Below, in pieces: positions 1-8,178 of a DNA stretch of 64,000 bases; position 1 is the first letter of the stretch; every line of letters begins with the position of its first letter. Under the pieces are notes generated by a model. The model saw nothing but the letters and a program-made list of their open reading frames with translations. It had not been told where the DNA came from and did not search any database. Source of the DNA: an uncultured Verrucomicrobiae bacterium. Lineage in GTDB: Bacteria; Verrucomicrobiota; Verrucomicrobiia; Limisphaerales; Palsa-1400. Made by a program: the position numbers and the translations under genes. Location of the stretch: NCBI GenBank assembly GCA_963707025.1, contig CAVPOM010000003.1:256001-320000 (forward strand), read 5' to 3'.

Positions 1-28
1 TTCGCCGGGTAATGCCCCGGTCCTGCAT

Positions 29-134
29 GGCAGGGCGGGTCCCGAATTATCGGGACCCGCCGCGGACGACGGCAGTGCGACGTTGCTCCCTCGGCCAATG
101 CCCGCCGCGGCGCGCACAGAGCGCGCGCTCCACC
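29..134. repeat. REP/REPIN-like palindromic element (GGYAGGGCG...CGCCCTRCC family)
   Basis: Contains GCGGGTCCCGA-N4-TCGGGACCCGC hairpin; first ~70 nt closely match 8035-8137. Confidence 0.7.
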
Positions 135-210
135 ACCCAAGAATGACGCACCATGGGCGTTCGGCTTCAAACCACCCAATGCGCAATCCGCAATGAAACG
201 CGTTTTGCCT

Positions 211-552
211 TCACGCCACGGCCTCTTCCAGCAGGCTCTGGCTGCGATCCCGGATGCATCGTTGTCTGGCCCCCTGGCGCAGGGCCGCGCGCGCCTTTTC
301 CTCGAGCAAGCCCGGGAAAAACAGGAGCGGGAACGGCGTGAACCAAGCCAGCCCGGCCGCTTCATTGGCGGCGCGGCGCAAAGGGGCGTAGAGTCGCTCG
401 TCCGGCGATTGCTGGAGCCACTGCTGCAAAAGCCGGGCCTTGAGACGGTCCAGTTCCGTTTCCTGCGAGCCGCGAAACGGCACGGCGGGCACGGGCACCA
501 CCTCGAAATGGGTCTCCGGTTGGAACCGGGTCAGCACTTTATTTCTCTTCAT
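211..552 (-). CDS. Hypothetical protein (113 aa) downstream of a leader/attenuator
   Basis: ATG start preceded by GAAGGA; lies directly after the terminator hairpin at 591-634. Confidence 0.7.
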   Translation of the reverse strand: MKRNKVLTRFQPETHFEVVPVPAVPFRGSQETELDRLKARLLQQWLQQSPDERLYAPLRRAANEAAGLAWFTPFPLLFFPGLLEEKARAALRQGARQRCIRDRSQSLLEEAVA

Positions 553-590
553 AAATTAATTTCCTTCAAAAAATTCTCGGTTTGCTTTCT

Positions 591-634
591 GGGAAAACAA
601 AAAACCCACGATTGACTGGCAATCGTGGGTTTTT
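591..634 (-). terminator. Intrinsic terminator (attenuator terminator)
   Basis: AAAACCCACGATTG-ACTGG-CAATCGTGGGTTTT perfect 14-bp stem; U-tract follows on the minus strand. Confidence 0.8.
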
Positions 635-653
635 GAAATTGTTTTCGTCTTTT

Positions 654-764
654 TTAAACAACAGCTTCCACGATGCCAACATCCCGGCGGCCGCGCCACA
701 TGGTGATGGCTGCTCCGGCGCGATGCGCACACAGATTAGATTGAACTGTGAACGATTTATTCAT
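654..764 (-). CDS. Putative leader peptide (36 aa, MNKSFTVQSNLCAHRAGAAITMWRGRRDVGIVEAVV)
   Basis: Hand-translated ORF ending 20 nt before the terminator; Val/Ile-rich end; its 3' part can pair with the terminator 5' arm. Confidence 0.6.
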   Translation of the reverse strand: MNKSFTVQSNLCAHRAGAAITMWRGRRDVGIVEAVV

Positions 765-1008
765 TTACTGCGCACATTATGCCCCATCTCCATCAATTGT
801 CAAGCGCCCTCCCGCAACAATCTGGTGACGAGCCGGCGTCACCTTGCCCGCGCCCATCCTTGCCCAAGCCGGACATTCCACACCCGCCTTCGAATAGGGC
901 CGGCGCTGGGCGCCGGTTTTGACCCTGCCGGCCGCTCATGGCCGCCCGGGTCAAAAAAAATTGCCTCCGGCGGTTGCAAAATCGGCGGGGCGGATTACGG
1001 TAAGGCAA

Positions 1009-2739
1009 ATGGCTGAACCCAAGAAAAAGCCCGTCGCCAGCGGTGCGGCGCTAAAATCGTCTCCGCCCGGCAGTCAACCGACGCCGGGGCCGAAGCCCGT
1101 TGCGCCGCCGCCGGAATTGTTTTTGTCGCGCGAACAGTTGGACGCCCTTTCGCCGCTGCAATTGGTGGACATGATCACAGGCAAACTGCCGCCGCGGCAT
1201 GCGGCCATCATGGACATGGTGTATCTGCGGGACCGGGTGGCGGAGATGGAGGAAATCAACGACGAGGCGCGGCAGGCCATCGAAAAATTGGACGCGGTGG
1301 TGGAAAAGCTGCGCGCGCCCGCTTACCGGGTGGGCACCTTTTTGATGGCGGTGGAACCGGACAAGGCGCACGTCTGCGCCGGGGGAGCGGATTATGTCTG
1401 CCGGCTGGATCCGCAGATTCCACTGGCCAGCATGCAGGTGGGGCAGCGGGTATTGCTCAACGAGGCGTTTGCCGTCGTGCAAGGTCTGGGCTTTGACCGA
1501 CACGGGCCGATTGTGCGGATTGACGAATTGCTTTCCGGGGGGCGGCTGCGCATTGGGCAGGAGGCGGGACTGACCTGCTCGGTCCTGCTGCGCTCCGCGC
1601 TGCTGGCCAAGGAGAAGCTCAAGCCGGGGATGGAAGTGCGGCTGGACGCCAACCAGCGCGTCGCCCTGGAAGTCATCGGCGCGGGCAAACGGATCGAGCG
1701 CGCCCTGGAAACAGTGAGCGAACTGCCTTGGGCGGCGGTGGGGGGCCAGGAGGAGGCGGTGCAGGCGATCCGGGATACGATCGAGCTGCCCTTCTTGCAC
1801 CGGGCCTTGTTCAAGCGCTTTGAGCACAATGTGCCGAAAGGTTTTCTTCTTTACGGTCCGCCCGGTTGCGGCAAGACGCTGCTGGGCAAGGCGACGGCCT
1901 TCAATTTGCGGCGGCAGATCCGGGCGGAGACCGGGGTGGACCATCCGGAGTTCTTCCTGCATGTCAAGGGGCCGGAGATCTTGAACATGTGGGTGGGGGA
2001 ATCGGAGCGGCAGGTGCGCGATCTTTTTGTGCAATGCCGGGAACGGGCGGCGGAAGGCTCGCTGGCCTTTTTGTTTATTGACGAGGCGGAATCCATTTTG
2101 GGGACGCGGCGGGCGGGGCGTTATCACAGCATGTTGAGCACGGTGGTGCCGATGTTTTGCGCGGAAATGGACGGCCTGGAGCCGCTGCAAAATGTGGTGG
2201 TGATCCTGGCCTCCAACCGGGCCGACTTGATTGATCCGGCGATATTGCGGCCGGGCCGGATTGACCGGAAGATCAAGGTCAATCGCCCCGACCAGGCCGG
2301 AGCGCAACGGATTTACGAGATTTACCTCAAGGAAACCCTGCCGCTGGCCGAGCCCAAGGAAGCCCTGGCCCGCGCCCTGGCCGAAGCCCATTACGCGCGC
2401 ACGCGGGAGAACCAATTTTTGGAAATCGTCTATCGCAGCGGCAAGCGGGACCATCTTTACCGGGGCGACCTGGCCAGCGGGGCGGTCATCGCCGCCATTG
2501 TGGAGCGGGCCAAGAGCCTGGCCATCAAGCGCGCCATCGAGACGAAAATGGACACGGCGCTGGGGCGGGACGATCTGTTGCTGGCGCTGCAAAAAGAATA
2601 CGCCGAGAACGACCTGTTTCCGCCCACCGATGTGACCGAAGACTGGCTCAAGCTGACGGACTTCGATCCGGACAACGTGATCAAGCTCGGCCCCATCCGC
2701 CCGCGGCCGGACGCGGCCAAGGCCAGCGGCATCATTTGA
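1009..2739 (+). CDS. arc: Proteasome-associated AAA ATPase (ARC/Mpa family)
   Basis: Coiled coil + OB-like region, Walker A GPPGCGKT, FLHVKGPEILNMWVGESER, Walker B FIDEAES, IDPAILRPGRID. Confidence 0.9.
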   Translation: MAEPKKKPVASGAALKSSPPGSQPTPGPKPVAPPPELFLSREQLDALSPLQLVDMITGKLPPRHAAIMDMVYLRDRVAEMEEINDEARQAIEKLDAVVEKLRAPAYRVGTFLMAVEPDKAHVCAGGADYVCRLDPQIPLASMQVGQRVLLNEAFAVVQGLGFDRHGPIVRIDELLSGGRLRIGQEAGLTCSVLLRSALLAKEKLKPGMEVRLDANQRVALEVIGAGKRIERALETVSELPWAAVGGQEEAVQAIRDTIELPFLHRALFKRFEHNVPKGFLLYGPPGCGKTLLGKATAFNLRRQIRAETGVDHPEFFLHVKGPEILNMWVGESERQVRDLFVQCRERAAEGSLAFLFIDEAESILGTRRAGRYHSMLSTVVPMFCAEMDGLEPLQNVVVILASNRADLIDPAILRPGRIDRKIKVNRPDQAGAQRIYEIYLKETLPLAEPKEALARALAEAHYARTRENQFLEIVYRSGKRDHLYRGDLASGAVIAAIVERAKSLAIKRAIETKMDTALGRDDLLLALQKEYAENDLFPPTDVTEDWLKLTDFDPDNVIKLGPIRPRPDAAKASGII

Positions 2740-4265
2740 GCACAACTCCGATCATCCAGTTCGGCATCGAAACGGAAGTGGGCATCGCTCGCGACCCGGA
2801 GGAAAACCTGGACGTGGTGGCCGAGTCCATCGCCCTGGTGCGCAGCGCGACCAAATCGGGCGTGCTCATGCGGTGGGATTATGAATGCGAAGATCCGCAC
2901 GCCGACATGCGCGGATTCCATGTGGAGGAATTGCGGCAGGATTTCGACGAGGCGCATTATTTTGCGCAGGATTCGGCGCGGGAACTGAGTTTCGTGGAAA
3001 TCAAAAGCGACCTGGTGCTGGGCAACGGAGCCCGTTTTTACAACGACCACGCCCACCCGGAGTATTGCACGCCGGAATGCAGCACGCTGGAGGAACTGGC
3101 GGCGCATGACCGCGCGGGCGAGCGGATTTTGATGCGTTGCGCGCGAAAACTTTCCGAAGAACGCGGCGGCACGGTCCGCCTTTACAAGAACAACACCGAT
3201 TTCCGCGGGCACAGTTACGGGTGCCATGAGAATTACCTGCTGCCCCGCTCCCTTCCCTGGGAAACCCTGGCCCGCGGCGCGGAGGCCTTTCTGGTCACGC
3301 GGCAAATCTTTGCGGGGGCGGGGAAATTCGCCCTGGAGGAGGAGGACCGGTTTGTCGGGGCGGGATTCCAGATCGCGCAGCGCAGCGATTTTTTCAGCGA
3401 ACTGCAAAGCGTGGACACGATGCAGCGCCGGCCCATCATCAACACCCGCGACGAAGCGCACGCCGACCCCGCTTTATACCGCCGCTTCCACGTCATCCTG
3501 GGCGACGCCAACATGTCGCCCTTCGCCACCCGCCTGAAGACCGGCGCCACCGCCCTGATGCTCGAAGCCCTGGCGCGCCATCCCCGCTGGCCCTGCCCCG
3601 TGCTGGCCGACCCGCTGCGCGCCTTGCACGAGATTTCGCGGGACCCGGAATTTCGCCGGCCGGTCGCCTTGCAAGACGGCGCCGCCTCCAGCGCCCTGGC
3701 CGTGCAAAGGGCCTGGTGCGAGGCGGCGCGGGAATTTTGCGACCTGACCGACCCGGCCAAGGCGGCGCTGTGGCAGGACTGGAACCAAGTATTGACAGAC
3801 TTGGCCACCGACCCGATGCTCTGCCGGGACCGGCTGGATTGGGTGGCCAAACTGGGGCTGATCCGCGAATTCCAGGCGGCCCAAAAAATCGGCGGCCAGG
3901 ATGCCTGGCTGCGCAGCCTGGACCTGGAATATCACCGGCTGGATTTGGAGGCGGGCCTTTATTACGCGCTGGAACAATCCGGCGCCATGGCCTGGGCGCC
4001 GGAGGAGGCGGCGGTGCGGCGCGCCATCGCCGAACCGCCGCGCAGCACGCGGGCCTGCATCCGGGGACGGTGCATCCAGAAATTCTCCGAGCATGTCCTC
4101 TCCGCGCAATGGGACCACATCACCCTCCAAGGCAGCCGGCGTCCATTGAAGATCTCCCTGCTCAACCTGTTCACCCCCAAAGAACTGGCCGTGGCGCGCG
4201 AGGCGGTGGAGGCGGCGCGGCAGCCGGACGACCTGGCCGGAATCGCCGAGCCGGCCAATGAGTAA
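2736..4265 (+). CDS. dop: Depupylase/deamidase Dop (PafA/Dop family)
   Basis: GIETEVGI, WDYECEDPHADMRGF (Dop-loop-like), NGARFYNDHAHPEY, SYGCHENY, RPIINTRDEAHA, RRFHVILGDANMS. Confidence 0.85.
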   Translation: MSTTPIIQFGIETEVGIARDPEENLDVVAESIALVRSATKSGVLMRWDYECEDPHADMRGFHVEELRQDFDEAHYFAQDSARELSFVEIKSDLVLGNGARFYNDHAHPEYCTPECSTLEELAAHDRAGERILMRCARKLSEERGGTVRLYKNNTDFRGHSYGCHENYLLPRSLPWETLARGAEAFLVTRQIFAGAGKFALEEEDRFVGAGFQIAQRSDFFSELQSVDTMQRRPIINTRDEAHADPALYRRFHVILGDANMSPFATRLKTGATALMLEALARHPRWPCPVLADPLRALHEISRDPEFRRPVALQDGAASSALAVQRAWCEAAREFCDLTDPAKAALWQDWNQVLTDLATDPMLCRDRLDWVAKLGLIREFQAAQKIGGQDAWLRSLDLEYHRLDLEAGLYYALEQSGAMAWAPEEAAVRRAIAEPPRSTRACIRGRCIQKFSEHVLSAQWDHITLQGSRRPLKISLLNLFTPKELAVAREAVEAARQPDDLAGIAEPANE

Positions 4266-4433
4266 GCCGGCGCGGGCGCATGTCACTTTCTTGGGTCTCT
4301 GCTCCTTGGGATTGAGACGAAGAGTGGTTGCCCAACAAGATAAAATGCGCCCGGCTGCGGATGGGACGGAGGAAGGGCTTGATTTTTCGCGGCGGGGGAT
4401 GCAACTTGAGGCCCAAGAAAGGAAACTTTATTT

Positions 4434-4883
4434 ATGGCCATGCAAGCACTCGATTTAACCCGGCGTCCGCCGCGCAGTCCGCGCGTGCGCCTGGGCGGTT
4501 ACGTCATCCTTCCCCGCATGCTCGACAAGGGGCGGGCCACCATCAACCACAAAGCCGGGGAGTATCACTTCAACTGCCCGCTGGACCAGAGATTTCTGAC
4601 CTACGTCGGAATCCAGGCGGAGCCGCTGAAGAAACAACTGGCGCAAGGCAAAGGCGATGGCGAGATGCTGGCCTGGATCGAGGCCCACGCCAAATTCAAA
4701 CGGTCTGCCGTCGAAATCGCCGCCTGGTCGGTTTTTATGGAGCAGCGCGCGCCGTCGGACCTGGAAACGCGGAAGTATTTCAGCGAATTGCAGGCGGCCG
4801 CGGCGCCCAAACGCGAGGATGTGGCGACGTGGTTTGACTTGCTGGACGTGGATGATTTTGTCACCTTCGGCGGCCAGGCCTAA
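4434..4883 (+). CDS. DUF5069-like protein
   Basis: PPRSPRVRLGGYVILPRMLDKGRA...GEYHFNCPLD motif. Confidence 0.75.
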   Translation: MAMQALDLTRRPPRSPRVRLGGYVILPRMLDKGRATINHKAGEYHFNCPLDQRFLTYVGIQAEPLKKQLAQGKGDGEMLAWIEAHAKFKRSAVEIAAWSVFMEQRAPSDLETRKYFSELQAAAAPKREDVATWFDLLDVDDFVTFGGQA

Positions 4884-4894
4884 AAGGGTCCGCC

Positions 4895-5197
4895 TCAGGG
4901 TTCCTCCGCCAAGCGCCGCAAATAGTCGAAGGAAAAAATGCCGGTGGCGTGGCCGTCGGCCCAGACGGGCTGGATGGCATAGCCGCCCACCTTGGCGATC
5001 CGCGTGAGTTGGAAGGACAGCGGGGTGAGCGGTTCGTCCGGGCCTTTGTAGAGATTGCCCATAATGTCCGGCTCGCCCCGGCAGCCAGCGCAAGGACAGT
5101 GCCGGCGCAGCGCTTCCAGGGGAATAAAACTCTCCCGGCCATCGTCCCACTTGATGGCCAGTTCGCCGCCGATTTGCTGAATGTCCGCCGGATGCAC
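4895..5197 (-). CDS. DUF971 / GBBH-like N-terminal domain protein
   Basis: LAIKWDDG, LRRHCPCAGC, GGYAIQPVWADGHATGIFSFDYL; GTG start inferred. Confidence 0.85.
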   Translation of the reverse strand: MHPADIQQIGGELAIKWDDGRESFIPLEALRRHCPCAGCRGEPDIMGNLYKGPDEPLTPLSFQLTRIAKVGGYAIQPVWADGHATGIFSFDYLRRLAEEP

Positions 5198-5231
5198 CCG
5201 CCCATGATACAGCCGCCGGCGGCGTTGGTCA

Positions 5232-5960
5232 TCAGGGAAAAAGGGCGGCGATGGTGGCCTGAATTTCCTCGGCCATTGCTTTGGGGTCGGGGGCGTTTTT
5301 AATGGGACGGCCCACCACGATGTAGTCGGCGCCATTGCGGAAAGCCTGCGCGACGTCCACCGTGCGTTTCTGGTCGTCCGCGGGTTTGTTTTCCACGGGA
5401 CGAATCCCGGGGGTGACGATGAGGAAATGGCCGCCCAAATGGGCGCGGAGTTTGGGGGCCTCCAGCCCGGAGGAAATGACGCCGTGGCAGCCGAGTTGCA
5501 AGGCGCGTTTGGCGCGGGAAAGGACCAGTTTTTCCACGTCGCAGGCAAAACCCAGATCGTCCAGATCGCCGCGGTCCAGGCTGGTCAGGACGGTGACGGC
5601 CAGGATTTTCACCCCGGTTTGTTCGCGGGCGGCGGCTTCCAGAATGCGGTCGTTGCCATGGACGGTGGCGAACTCGATTTTTTTGCCGCGCAGTTGCGCC
5701 ACGGCCAGGCGCACGGTTTCGGGAACATCGAAGAATTTAAGGTCCACAAAAACTTTTTTGCCCCGGGCGGCCAGCCAGTCAATCAATTCGTAATAACCGC
5801 CGGCCATGAAAATTTGCAGGCCCAGCTTGTAAAAAAGCACGGCGTCGCCCAGTTTTTCCACCCAGAGTTTGGCCTCCTCCACCGTGGAGACATCCAGGGC
5901 GAAAATGAGCCTTTCCCTTCTGGGAACGGCCTTTTGCGAGAGCAGCGGTTGAGTCGTCAT
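5232..5960 (-). CDS. pyrF: Orotidine-5'-phosphate decarboxylase
   Basis: LIFALD, VFVDLKFFDVPETV, VTPGIRP, DDQKR, GADYIVVGRPI. Confidence 0.95.
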   Translation of the reverse strand: MTTQPLLSQKAVPRRERLIFALDVSTVEEAKLWVEKLGDAVLFYKLGLQIFMAGGYYELIDWLAARGKKVFVDLKFFDVPETVRLAVAQLRGKKIEFATVHGNDRILEAAAREQTGVKILAVTVLTSLDRGDLDDLGFACDVEKLVLSRAKRALQLGCHGVISSGLEAPKLRAHLGGHFLIVTPGIRPVENKPADDQKRTVDVAQAFRNGADYIVVGRPIKNAPDPKAMAEEIQATIAALFP

Positions 5961-6102
5961 GCCGGCCTCAAAACTGGGCCGGATCAAACCGGTTGTCAAA
6001 AGCAATTGAATTCCACGGCGCCGATTGTCCTTGCGCGGAAGGCCGCTCGGGTGCTTGCTTTTACCGGCCCGGCCGGCGCCGCCGCCGGCGGGGCGAACCG
6101 TC

Positions 6103-6531
6103 ATGTATAAAAAAATTCTGGTGGCGCTGGAGAACAGCGGGGCGGACCAGGCTCTGCTGCCGCACGTCGCGGAGCTGGCCGGGCATTTCCATTCCCAACT
6201 GGTGCTGCTGCACGTGGCGGACGGCTGGGTGGCGCGCAATTTCGAGCGGATGAAACTGGCGGAATCCGACGAGATGAAGGAGGACCGGACTTACCTGGAA
6301 AAAACGGCGGCGGCGTTGCGCGAGCAGGGCTTGCAGGTGGAAACGCAACTGGCGCTGGGGGAACCTTCCACGGAAATTCTGCGCGCGGCCCGCCAGGAAG
6401 ATTGCGATTTGATCGCCATGACGACCCACGGGCACCGGTTCCTCGGCGACCTGGTTTTTGGCAGCACCATCCATCAGGTGCGGCACAAGTCGTTGATCCC
6501 CATTTTGCTGGTGAGAGCGGCTTCCAAATAG
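6103..6531 (+). CDS. Universal stress protein
   Basis: MYKKILVAL, CDLIAMTTHGH...LVFGST...PILLV. Confidence 0.9.
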   Translation: MYKKILVALENSGADQALLPHVAELAGHFHSQLVLLHVADGWVARNFERMKLAESDEMKEDRTYLEKTAAALREQGLQVETQLALGEPSTEILRAARQEDCDLIAMTTHGHRFLGDLVFGSTIHQVRHKSLIPILLVRAASK

Positions 6532-6537
6532 GAAAGC

Positions 6538-8178
6538 TTACTTGGCCGGGGCCGGAGTTTCGGGCTGGTTCCAGCCGCCGCCCAGGGATTTGTAGAGGCG
6601 GACGATGATCAGGAGTTGGTTGAGCTGGGTGCGGGCCAGGGCGTTTTCATCGGGAAACAATTTTTGCTGGGCGTCGAGAACCTCGAAATAATTGGCGTGG
6701 CCGGCGCGGTAGCGTTCGGTGGCGACCAGAACCGCTTCTTGGTAGGCGGCGACGGAACGGGCCTGCTGGAGGCGGGCTTCGTCGTATTTTTGCCGGGTGT
6801 AAAGCTGGCCGGAGACTTCATGGAAGGCCTGGAGGACGGTTTGCTGGTACTGCAGCCTGGTCTCGTCCCAGAAGGCCCGCGCCTGCAGGTATTGCCCATG
6901 GAGAAAGCCGGCCTGGAAAAGCGGGCCGCTGGCGTCGAGGCCGGCGGACCAAAGATGGGAGCCGGGGGCGGTCAAGGCCGAAAGCTCCGGGCTGACGGCG
7001 CCGAAAAGAGCGGTCAGGCCTATTTTTGGCAGGAAATCGCCCATGGTCACGCCGACTTGAGCGTTGGCGGAACGGAGCAGTTGTTCGGCTTGGCGAATGT
7101 CGGGCCGCCGCTCCAGCAGGGCGGCGGGCAGGCCGGCGGGCACCGCCGGGGAGACGGTTTGGGCGGTCAGGGGGGCGCCGCGCGGGATGGAGCCGGAACC
7201 CTGGCCGAGCAGAACCTTGAGTTGGTTCTCCTGCAGGCGGATGCGCTGTTCCAGATCGGGGACGACGGCGGCGACATCGGCCAGAGCGCCCTCGGCGTCG
7301 TCGGTTTCGAGTCGGGAGGCCACTCCGCCGCCCAGGCGCTGGTTGAAGAGCGATAAACTTTCGCCATAGGAGTTGGTGGTGCGCCGGGCAATTTCCAGTT
7401 CCGCGTCCAGTTCCAAAAGCTGGAAATAGTCCTGCGCCACCTCGGCGAGGAGGGAGAGGCGCACGCCGCGGCGGGCCTCTTCGCTGGCGAAGAATTGGGC
7501 GCGGGCGGCTTCATTGAGGCGGCGCACACGCCCCCACAGATCAATTTCCCAGGTGGCGTTGAGCGCGGCCTCGAAGGAACTGGTGGTGGCGCCGTTTCCC
7601 TGGGCATTGGCCCCGCCGCCGCTGGCGTTTTTTCCGCGGTAGCCGTTGACATCGTAGCCGGCCTGGGGGAAGAACTGGGAGCGCGCCTGCACGGCCAAGG
7701 CGCGGGCCTGCTCGACGCGGGCGGCGGCGATGCGGATGTCGTAATTATTGGTCAGGGCCAGGTGGATGAGGTTGGTGAGGGTGGGGTCGTTAAAAACCTC
7801 CCACCAAGGAAGGTCCGCCAAGGAATTGGTGGCGCCGGGATCGAGGCTGTATTTGAATTCTTGGGGAATGTCGGCGGCGGGGCGGTGATAATTGGGGCCG
7901 ATGGCGCAGCCGGACAGGAGAAGCAGGGCCAACCCCAGGATTGCGGATTGTCCCGATCTATCGGGACGGATTGCGGATTGGAAACACCGGGATAGCCAAC
8001 GGTGTAATGCGTTAGTAATGCGTGGGCCGGGAAAGGTAGGGCGGGTCCCGAAATATCGGGACCCGCCGCACGACCGCAGTGCGACGTTGATTCCTCTGCC
8101 CATGCCCGACGGCGGCCAGGTGACTGCCCGCCCTGCCATCCATGACGGACGCATTACCCAGCGGCGATTTGTCCTCAC
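6538..8178 (-). CDS. RND efflux outer-membrane lipoprotein (NodT/OprM family); start uncertain
   Basis: Lipobox LLLSGC, WWEVFNDP, WEIDLWGR, LLERRPDIR, LYKSLGGGW; GTG at 8178 overlaps the RND stop. Confidence 0.85.
   Translation of the reverse strand: MRTNRRWVMRPSWMAGRAVTWPPSGMGRGINVALRSCGGSRYFGTRPTFPGPRITNALHRWLSRCFQSAIRPDRSGQSAILGLALLLLSGCAIGPNYHRPAADIPQEFKYSLDPGATNSLADLPWWEVFNDPTLTNLIHLALTNNYDIRIAAARVEQARALAVQARSQFFPQAGYDVNGYRGKNASGGGANAQGNGATTSSFEAALNATWEIDLWGRVRRLNEAARAQFFASEEARRGVRLSLLAEVAQDYFQLLELDAELEIARRTTNSYGESLSLFNQRLGGGVASRLETDDAEGALADVAAVVPDLEQRIRLQENQLKVLLGQGSGSIPRGAPLTAQTVSPAVPAGLPAALLERRPDIRQAEQLLRSANAQVGVTMGDFLPKIGLTALFGAVSPELSALTAPGSHLWSAGLDASGPLFQAGFLHGQYLQARAFWDETRLQYQQTVLQAFHEVSGQLYTRQKYDEARLQQARSVAAYQEAVLVATERYRAGHANYFEVLDAQQKLFPDENALARTQLNQLLIIVRLYKSLGGGWNQPETPAPAK
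8035..8137. repeat. REP/REPIN-like element in the RND-OMF junction
   Basis: GGTAGGGCGGGTCCCGA..TCGGGACCCGCC ... CCCGCCCTGCC; homologous to 29-134. Confidence 0.7.

Noticed and set aside
4869..4883. C-terminal GGQA of the gene after dop as a Pup/UBact-like modifier
   Set aside because: The protein is a 149-aa DUF5069-like folded domain and has an extra Ala after GGQ; modifiers are short, disordered and end at Q/E
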